A stretch of DNA of 13,203 nt from an uncultured archaeon. Lineage in GTDB: Archaea; Asgardarchaeota; Thorarchaeia; Thorarchaeales; Thorarchaeaceae. Location: the NCBI GenBank assembly GCA_964610875.1, contig CAZSWP010000064.1:1-13203 (forward strand). The letters are read 5' to 3'. The translations under genes were made by a program, and so were the position numbers. This document shows, piece after piece, positions 6,641 through 13,203 of this stretch (its first letter is position 1; the number at the start of each line of letters is the position of its first letter). The notes beneath the pieces are model-generated. The model was given only the letters and a program-made list of their open reading frames with translations, made no database searches and had not been told where the DNA came from.

Positions 6641-7705
6641 TCACTGCTTCTTTCGAGTAGATTTTTTCTCAGTGGTCTTTTTAGTTGTCCTGCTTTTTGT
6701 AGAACCTTTTGTCTTCGAAGCTTGAATTGTCTTTGCTGTTGTTAGGATCACGTTTGGCTCCTCTTCGTCTTCAATCTCACCATCTTCCTTCTGCCCTTTT
6801 CTTATTCTTTTGGTTCTGCGGTCTTCCCGGATTTTTACTTTCCTAACTGGTTTCGCACCCAGTTTCTTGGCAAATTTCCCAATTTTTGTTCTCACTCGAT
6901 TTTGCATTGCTTCATTGAGAAGGATAATGGGCATAATAAAAGCCATTACAAAGAAAGGCAATCCAACTGTCCAGAGAATGCTTACAACTACTTGAATAGC
7001 TATATTTTCAGGAAGAGTACTTCCCAATAAGAAAGGAAGAATGAAAGGCCCATAGAAATGATTCATGAACATAGTAATCGGAAAAGCGACTAGAGAATAG
7101 CCACCTAGCATATTAGCAATCCATCGTCCAACGCCTTGTGTGTCTGGAGTCTGACGTATTTTGAGTCGGTCACTCTTTAGATGAGTAATTATTCCTGCAT
7201 CGTTTAGAACCCAAGTTGGCATGAACAGCAACAAAGCCACAGGGAGGAATAGCAATGAGCTCATCAAGGATAGTGTCACAGGATATAGAGGTAAGAACTC
7301 TTCAGGTATTGTTGGGTCAAAACCAAATAGAAAATTCTCAATGGCACTTCTGAGTATCTCAGCTGATGCAACAGAGAAAAGTGCAGGAGCGGCTGCTCTT
7401 CTAATGAGCTGTACTGATCCGAATCTTCTTCCCATATTCATGATATTCATTTCATACGAGTGACTCTTTACCACTTTTGCACCGAATAGAATCAAGTAGG
7501 CCCCAGGTATAGCGAACAAATAATATAGAAGAGCCAAAATAGGCATAGTAATTATCATGATAAGAGTCATATCAATTCCAAAACCAATAGCCATACTTTC
7601 AAACATGTTTGTTCTGGGTATTGCACCAGTCATCTCAATAATTTGAGTAGCTGCTAGATAGACTCCTAGAAAACTAAGAAGGAATGGTATGACATATTTC
7701 CTCAT
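6641..7705 (-). CDS. Hypothetical multi-pass membrane protein with Lys/Arg-rich C-terminal tail
   Basis: 354-aa ORF with an ATG start and about 5-6 hydrophobic helices. The last ~70 aa are low-complexity and strongly basic, with a short acidic block. Confidence 0.82.
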   Translation of the reverse strand: MRKYVIPFLLSFLGVYLAATQIIEMTGAIPRTNMFESMAIGFGIDMTLIMIITMPILALLYYLFAIPGAYLILFGAKVVKSHSYEMNIMNMGRRFGSVQLIRRAAAPALFSVASAEILRSAIENFLFGFDPTIPEEFLPLYPVTLSLMSSLLFLPVALLLFMPTWVLNDAGIITHLKSDRLKIRQTPDTQGVGRWIANMLGGYSLVAFPITMFMNHFYGPFILPFLLGSTLPENIAIQVVVSILWTVGLPFFVMAFIMPIILLNEAMQNRVRTKIGKFAKKLGAKPVRKVKIREDRRTKRIRKGQKEDGEIEDEEEPNVILTTAKTIQASKTKGSTKSRTTKKTTEKKSTRKKQ

Positions 7706-7847
7706 ATCTTCTACATCCTATGGAATCAAATGGTTTGCTCTTGAGAGAATAAACCGAATGTTAAGCGTACTTGCATATGCATTATTATGTTATAACAAAT
7801 TTTGTGAGATATAAAAATAGGAAAAATGTTCTAGAACCGATGTGAAT

Positions 7848-9023
7848 CTAGAACAATGCAAGTCCTAACGGTGGTATAGACAATACAAGCACAATCATCG
7901 ATAGAACGAAAACCACAACACGACTCTTTGATACTGGAACCGTGTCATCAAGTGCACCAGGATGGGCTCCACCCATTGAAAGTGCTAGTACTAAGATTGC
8001 CATCAAGAAGTAGCCTGCTAAGAACATAACTGCAATGGCGATATATCCAATGTATTTGTGCTTCTTCTCATCAATTATGGCTCTAAGAGCATGGCCACCA
8101 TCCAATTGACCTGTTGGGAAGAGATTGAGGGCGGTGACTAAACAGCCAACCCACGCTGCAAATGCAATTGGATGAATATAGAGTGTACCTCCAAGTGGAA
8201 CCATATCTGAGAACACAAATCCCAGTAGTGTGAATAATAGTGGAGCAGCTAGTTCTCCAGATTGCCCAGGATATGCCTCATTAATTGCCCGTAATTCTTC
8301 AGCAGTAACTGGAACAGACAATAAGTATCCAATAACAAGAACCACTAAAGTCACGACAAAACCTGACCATGGACCCATTACTCCAACATCAAATAGAGCA
8401 CTTCGATTCTTAGGTGGACTTTTTTGTTTGATAAATGCACCAAAAGTACCCCCTATCTGTGGTAAACCAGGAATGAAATACGGTAAGGTGGCATCAATTC
8501 CATTCTTCTTTGCAGTCAAATAATGTCCCATTTCGTGTGTGAATATGATGCCCATAAGTGCAAGAATGAATCCACCAGTTGTTAAAATGATGTCAAAAAT
8601 GGTGTATCCTTGAGGATAAAACAGTGTTAGAAAGATTTCACTTGTAGCTTGAAGCCAACCCCCAATAGCAATCGTTGCTAATGTGGCAATGAAGAGCGCA
8701 TAGTTCATTCTTCTGTTTTCAGGTTCTTGGGTTTCTTGAGGAACAAAACGTGTGTAGTATATTCCTGCATCCTCATCTTGCCATCGTATGATGGGCCAAA
8801 CTTTGAGGTTGTCAGCATAATCATGAATTTCATCAAACACCATTTCTTGAACTATCCGATCCGGAATCACACCAGCTGGCCATCTATAAATGAAAGTGGG
8901 CATTCCGTATTCAAGTGAGCTAGATAAGATTTCAAAATTGCTTCTCAGTATTCCTTCAAGTTCTGTGAAAGTAGGATAGCTCAGAACCCGTGGTTGATAT
9001 TCGTTTCCGTCACCGATTGACAA
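7848..9023 (-). CDS. Site-2 protease family (peptidase M50) intramembrane metalloprotease
   Basis: HEMGH zinc motif in a TM context, LPYFIP...GTFGAFI, LFDVGVMGP and NLFPTGQLDGGH (NxxPxxxLDG). It has a soluble N-terminal ~100-aa domain. The TTG start has GGAG upstream, but the exact start is uncertain. Confidence 0.95.
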   Translation of the reverse strand: MSIGDGNEYQPRVLSYPTFTELEGILRSNFEILSSSLEYGMPTFIYRWPAGVIPDRIVQEMVFDEIHDYADNLKVWPIIRWQDEDAGIYYTRFVPQETQEPENRRMNYALFIATLATIAIGGWLQATSEIFLTLFYPQGYTIFDIILTTGGFILALMGIIFTHEMGHYLTAKKNGIDATLPYFIPGLPQIGGTFGAFIKQKSPPKNRSALFDVGVMGPWSGFVVTLVVLVIGYLLSVPVTAEELRAINEAYPGQSGELAAPLLFTLLGFVFSDMVPLGGTLYIHPIAFAAWVGCLVTALNLFPTGQLDGGHALRAIIDEKKHKYIGYIAIAVMFLAGYFLMAILVLALSMGGAHPGALDDTVPVSKSRVVVFVLSMIVLVLSIPPLGLALF

Positions 9024-9125
9024 AGAGGTTAGTCTCCGCTAGTATATAGGAGCTCATCATTTTGAAGATAAATAAGAGTATGCGCCTGTGCAGAAATCCC
9101 CCTAATAATCCAACTTGTTATTCGA

Positions 9126-11048
9126 TTATATTGAGATTTCTGATGTGAATAGAAATGTATTATGAATGCATTCAAGAAGATTCTCAACTTTAGTGGCATT
9201 TCCAATGGATTCAACGCGGAAACCTCTCTTTTGCAGACTGTCAGCTAAATAAGAATCCGGAATAGGAGGATAACCAAGTACAATCGAATCAACCTTGAAG
9301 AGATTCGAATATTCGCTACCATCTATCATAAGATATTGATCTGTAATCGAAGTGACTTCGAAATCATCATGAATTTGTACACCATGGTTTCTGAGGTCTT
9401 TCATAATTACCCATCTTGTAGAGCGGCCAATGTTTGAACCAAGTCTTTCACCCATTGGAAACATATGTATCTCATCTGCAGTCTTTGCCGCATAAAGAGC
9501 ACCATAACAGGCAATTGCGTCTGATCCTAAGATTCCTACAATCCCAGACATTACAGTCCTGTTTCTAATCATATCAACAACAGTAATGACATGAGGCATT
9601 TCAACTCCATCTATTTCTGGAGCTGTAGGAAGTGCCCCAGTTGCACAAAGAATCATATCATGGGATTGTAAAGCAGGTGTATTGACTCTGATATTAATAC
9701 CCGTTCTAATTGAAACGCCAAGTCTTCTGAGTTCTTTCCACATATAGCCAATATATGCAGCAAATTCGCCTCTACCAGGAACTCGAGACGCTAGAGTTAA
9801 TGAACCACCGATTACTTTCTCTTTTTCGTAGAGTGTTACATCAAATCCTCTATCAGAGAGATTCTTCGCAGCCACTATTCCTGAAGGGCCAGCTCCGATA
9901 ACTCCAATACTACCCTCTCCTTTAGAACCATTTTTTCGTTCCCCTTCATATCCAGCTTGTGGATTCAAAGCACAAGTCAAAGGTTGGAGAGTGAATACCA
10001 TGTCCAGGCAGCCCAGATTACATCCAATACATGGAAGAATTTGATTGAACTTATTGTGTCTTACTTTGGAGGGAAAAGAAGGATCTGCAATAAGAGCTCT
10101 TGACATCCCAATTAATTGAACCTTCTCTCGTTGAAGAATTCTCTCAGCTATCGTTGGGCTATTGATTCTATTACAAGCGACGACGGGTACAGAAACACTA
10201 TCAGCTATGCCTTCAGCTAAGTATGCATAATGACCTCTTGGTACATCCATTGTTATCTGTGGAATTCTTGCTTCATGCCATCCTCCTGTGACATCGAAAC
10301 AATCAATCCCTGCATTTTCGATTAAGGGCGCAATAATTTTGTTATCATTAAGAGTCAGTCCATCTTCAACAAAATCTTCTCCTGACATTCTGTAGAAGAT
10401 TGCCAAATCATTACCTATGCATTTTCTAACTGATTTTATAATCTCAATTGGGAATCTCACTCGTTGTTCTAAGGATCCACCATATTCGTCAATTCGCTTA
10501 TTAGTTGCTAAAGCAAGGAACTGATTTATGATGTAACCTGCAGAGCCAATAATTTCAACTCCATCGAAACCAGCGGATTTAGCACGCTTAGCAGCTATTC
10601 CAAAATTATTGACTGTCTGGTTGATCTCATCAATTGATAGTTCTCTAGGCGTTTCCTTAGTAATCCTACTAGGAATTGCTGATGCTGAAACAGCTTGCTC
10701 CCCCAGTATGAATGAATAAGCATACCTTCCAGCGTGGTATAATTGAGCTAAAACGGGCACGTCATATGAATGAATTATATTTACTAACTCTCTAAGGCCA
10801 GGAATATGTTCATCCTTGCTTATGCCAATCATAGTTGGGGAACCCATTCCTAGATGTTCTGTGAAGCATCCTCCTACAACAATTAAACCAGGTTTGTGCC
10901 TTGCTCTTTCTTCATAGAATTTTAGCATCTTGTTGGAAACCATGCCTTCATCGCTACAATAACTCAAATGCGTTGCAAGCATAACAATCCGATTTTTTAA
11001 TTCTAAATTGCGAATCCGGATTGGTTCCAACAAGCGCAGATATTTCAC
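9126..11048 (-). CDS. fadH: 2,4-dienoyl-CoA reductase-like flavoprotein (OYE TIM barrel + 4Fe-4S + FAD domain)
   Basis: LKNRIVM, AQLYHAGR, AGFDGVEIIGSAGYIINQF (catalytic Tyr) and GWHEARIP...VPRG (FadH-type His). The 4Fe-4S motif is CIGCNLGC-x11-C and the FAD motif is VIGAGPSG...YEK...IGG. The GTG start overlaps the upstream stop (GTGA). Confidence 0.85.
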   Translation of the reverse strand: MKYLRLLEPIRIRNLELKNRIVMLATHLSYCSDEGMVSNKMLKFYEERARHKPGLIVVGGCFTEHLGMGSPTMIGISKDEHIPGLRELVNIIHSYDVPVLAQLYHAGRYAYSFILGEQAVSASAIPSRITKETPRELSIDEINQTVNNFGIAAKRAKSAGFDGVEIIGSAGYIINQFLALATNKRIDEYGGSLEQRVRFPIEIIKSVRKCIGNDLAIFYRMSGEDFVEDGLTLNDNKIIAPLIENAGIDCFDVTGGWHEARIPQITMDVPRGHYAYLAEGIADSVSVPVVACNRINSPTIAERILQREKVQLIGMSRALIADPSFPSKVRHNKFNQILPCIGCNLGCLDMVFTLQPLTCALNPQAGYEGERKNGSKGEGSIGVIGAGPSGIVAAKNLSDRGFDVTLYEKEKVIGGSLTLASRVPGRGEFAAYIGYMWKELRRLGVSIRTGINIRVNTPALQSHDMILCATGALPTAPEIDGVEMPHVITVVDMIRNRTVMSGIVGILGSDAIACYGALYAAKTADEIHMFPMGERLGSNIGRSTRWVIMKDLRNHGVQIHDDFEVTSITDQYLMIDGSEYSNLFKVDSIVLGYPPIPDSYLADSLQKRGFRVESIGNATKVENLLECIHNTFLFTSEISI

Positions 11049-11887
11049 ACCCCGTAGAAATCAAAGAAGCGTCTAATCGAGATTATTCCAAAGCGGTCAT
11101 ATTTGTCTGTAAAACGTGGTTTGGGGATTCCGCCTTTAATGAGAGTATCTGCATCTAATCCCTTCTCTATAGCATTCTTGACCATTTCAACAAGGTCTTC
11201 CAAGAATCTAATATAGGTTTCAACACTAAGTCGGTTATATACAGGCCCGTGACCGGGGATGATATATTTACATCCTGATCCTTGTATATGTTTTAACGCT
11301 GTTATCCATTCATCGGGGTTATTTGTTGGGTCTCCTGCATAGGGAAACATATCAGCAAAAATGAGGTCTCCAGCAAATAATGTGCCTTCATCTTCAAAAG
11401 TTAGAATAGAGGAACCTATAGTATGCCCACCTAATTTCTCTACAACCAATTCATTCTTATTTCCGAGACGCATTTCTTTTTCAAATACAGTATCAGGTGG
11501 ATGTATCTTCAAAGACCTCAAAGACTTTGCAAGTTCAGGATGTTCATTTTTAACTTCATCTGCATATTCCATCAGTTCTTTTGATGTCCAAGACTCTTTC
11601 AGCAGTTTTGCAATTATGTCTGAGGTTGCCTTTGATGATATAACATCGATTGGCTCGAATGCTTGAATACCAAATAGATGATCGCTATGATTGTGAGTCA
11701 GAACTAGTTGAGTCATAGGCAAGTCAGTAATTGATTCAATCTCCTTCCTCGTTTTGCTAGACAAAGTATGACTCATCCCTGCGTCAACAATAATGACTTG
11801 GTCATCGAGAATTATGGCACCCATATTGCCGCCATTGTTGCCTGAGGTTTCAGCAAATACTTTCTCAGTTATCTTTTCTAGAACCAT
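11045..11887 (-). CDS. MBL-fold metallo-hydrolase (cyclase/glyoxalase II-like)
   Basis: IIVDAG, THNHSDH (HxHxDH), GGHT, FAGD and IPGHG form a complete metallo-beta-lactamase metal-ligand set. Confidence 0.93.
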   Translation of the reverse strand: MVLEKITEKVFAETSGNNGGNMGAIILDDQVIIVDAGMSHTLSSKTRKEIESITDLPMTQLVLTHNHSDHLFGIQAFEPIDVISSKATSDIIAKLLKESWTSKELMEYADEVKNEHPELAKSLRSLKIHPPDTVFEKEMRLGNKNELVVEKLGGHTIGSSILTFEDEGTLFAGDLIFADMFPYAGDPTNNPDEWITALKHIQGSGCKYIIPGHGPVYNRLSVETYIRFLEDLVEMVKNAIEKGLDADTLIKGGIPKPRFTDKYDRFGIISIRRFFDFYGV

Positions 11888-12006
11888 ATCTGATTGTATT
11901 GAACTCTTCCTGATATACTTGAGTGAAAGTTCTTAGACCACTTTGGATTATGTCGAAATTGTGAGTAATAGGACCTTAAGGATATATCAGTAGCTTCGCA
12001 AGCTGA

Positions 12007-12828
12007 TTGATCTATGGAGTACCAGTTTGGTTTGTTGAAATCATAAAGAAAGTTTACAGAAGAGTGATGTTCATCTCTTGGCTCACTAATGCACCATTCA
12101 TTGGAAGAATGATTGAATACTTTTTATTTCGAGGCGATGAGATTACTTATCTTCCCAAAGATAGGGTCATTCAAGTAGACCAGCATCTTGAGCAAGGAGT
12201 GGAGATTGTACTTCCTTCACAAATAGTTGAGAAGTTTATCAAAGAATCAAAGCATATCTTTCTCATGAATTCATGCCCTTGTAGAACATCTCAAGAATGT
12301 GAAGAATATCCAATAGAACTTGGTTGTATTTTCATGGGTGAAGCAACACTGAATATAGCATCACATATGGGAAGGATGGTAAGTGTTGATGAAGCGTTGA
12401 AGCATCTGAAAAAATGCAGAGAGGCTGGACTTGTACATATGATAGGTCGACAGAGATTGGATGCTGTCTGGCTTAATGCTTGGCCGGTCGAAAAACTGTT
12501 GAGTGTCTGTAAATGCTGTCCATGTTGTTGTCTATATAGAACATTGCAGAATATCAATCCGTCAATCAGTACAAAAGTGAAGAAGTTATCCGGAGTTGAA
12601 GTTACTGTCACTGAGGACTGTGTTGGATGTGGGACGTGTTATGATGCAGGATGTTTTGAAGATGCTATCTCTCTTGTTGATGGAAAAGCAGTAATCAATG
12701 AACAATGCCGTGGTTGTGGAAGATGCGTTGAAATATGTCCTGAGAATGCAATTTCCATTTCACTGACTGATTCTGAATTCTATTCCAAGACAGTGGCAAA
12801 GGTCTCTCAACTTGTAGACCTTACATGA
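12007..12828 (+). CDS. Cys-rich 4Fe-4S dicluster ferredoxin-domain protein
   Basis: C-terminal CVGCGTC-x4-C and CRGCGRCVEICP, plus CPCR-x4-C-x8-C and CKCCPCCC. The start codon is uncertain (TTG 12007). Confidence 0.88.
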   Translation: MIYGVPVWFVEIIKKVYRRVMFISWLTNAPFIGRMIEYFLFRGDEITYLPKDRVIQVDQHLEQGVEIVLPSQIVEKFIKESKHIFLMNSCPCRTSQECEEYPIELGCIFMGEATLNIASHMGRMVSVDEALKHLKKCREAGLVHMIGRQRLDAVWLNAWPVEKLLSVCKCCPCCCLYRTLQNINPSISTKVKKLSGVEVTVTEDCVGCGTCYDAGCFEDAISLVDGKAVINEQCRGCGRCVEICPENAISISLTDSEFYSKTVAKVSQLVDLT

Positions 12829-12867
12829 TAACTATTAACAGATATAACTCATAAATGGGTATAGTAG

Positions 12868-13203
12868 TCATGCAAACGCCCAGAACATAGTCATAATTGC
12901 AGTGACCAATGTCATCAGCACAGCTACTACTGTTCCATATCTTATTACTTGACCTTCAATTCCAATCTCATCAATGACTGCAGCAGCATTCTGTATTTTT
13001 GCAGGGCTAAGAACACTTGCAAGGCCGCCACCAATTCCATTGGATGCAGATACAACTATTGCATTTGCACCGATTGCTGTACTAGCCTGATAGTGATAGT
13101 TTGTGAACATAGCAATAGCTGAGGTCTCCGAACCCGAAATGAAACCAGCAAGGAGTCCAAGAAATGCAGCAGTGAGAGGATACGCAACACCAAGAGAACT
13201 TGA
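12868..13203 (-). CDS. lctP: L-lactate permease (LctP family), C-terminal part; 5'-truncated by window edge
   Basis: The frame is open to the window end: SSSLGVAYPLTAAFLGLLAGFISGSETSAIAMF...SNGIGGGLASVLSPAKIQNAAAV...EGQVIR. This matches the LctP C-terminal pattern G.F.SGS.TS...F...GG.....SP..I..A......EG...R. Confidence 0.8.
   Translation of the reverse strand, partial: SSSLGVAYPLTAAFLGLLAGFISGSETSAIAMFTNYHYQASTAIGANAIVVSASNGIGGGLASVLSPAKIQNAAAVIDEIGIEGQVIRYGTVVAVLMTLVTAIMTMFWAFA

Noticed and set aside
7821-7854. Resemblance of TTCTAGAA to a eukaryotic heat-shock element
   Set aside because: Only two contiguous nGAAn units are present, and there is no evidence for an HSF-type factor in the window.
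6054-8918. ORFs 6054-6371, 6810-6995, 7221-7463, 8230-8523 and 8727-8918
   Set aside because: They are antisense shadows of tbp, the 354-aa gene and the M50 gene.
9029-9214. 61-aa minus-strand ORF overlapping the fadH 3' end
   Set aside because: It overlaps fadH by 89 nt out of frame, covers the probable M50 promoter and has no motif.
11361-12611. ORFs 11361-11666 and 12291-12611
   Set aside because: They are antisense to the MBL hydrolase and Fe-S genes.
1-13203. CRISPR array, transposase/IS ends, integrase, rRNA
   Set aside because: No regularly spaced repeats, mobile-element ORFs or long GC-rich non-coding tracts are visible. Nearly all the sequence is explained by protein-coding genes.

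Overview
Gene-dense, AT-rich archaeal chromosomal window. The archaeal TBP, AsnRS and an Ig-repeat, sequon-rich surface protein suggest an Asgard archaeon such as Thorarchaeia; this assignment is an inference. In order, it holds the 3' part of a LolD/MacB-type ABC ATPase with a C-terminal AbrB-like hairpin domain, two small membrane proteins, asnS, and a membrane-anchored surface protein with 3+3 beta-sandwich repeats. Next come a 2-TM/winged-helix/zinc-ribbon protein head-to-head with tbp, a multi-TM protein with a Lys-rich tail, and an M50 site-2 protease. The window ends with a FadH-like 2,4-dienoyl-CoA reductase coupled to an MBL-fold hydrolase, a Cys-rich 4Fe-4S protein and the 3' end of an L-lactate permease. 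I saw no RNA genes, CRISPR arrays or mobile elements. The most interesting candidate is a membrane-tethered winged-helix + Zn-ribbon protein near tbp and a site-2 protease, which could form a regulated intramembrane proteolysis module. The ABC ATPase-AbrB fusion, the FadH with a degenerate NADPH motif and several dyad elements in intergenic DNA also merit checking.
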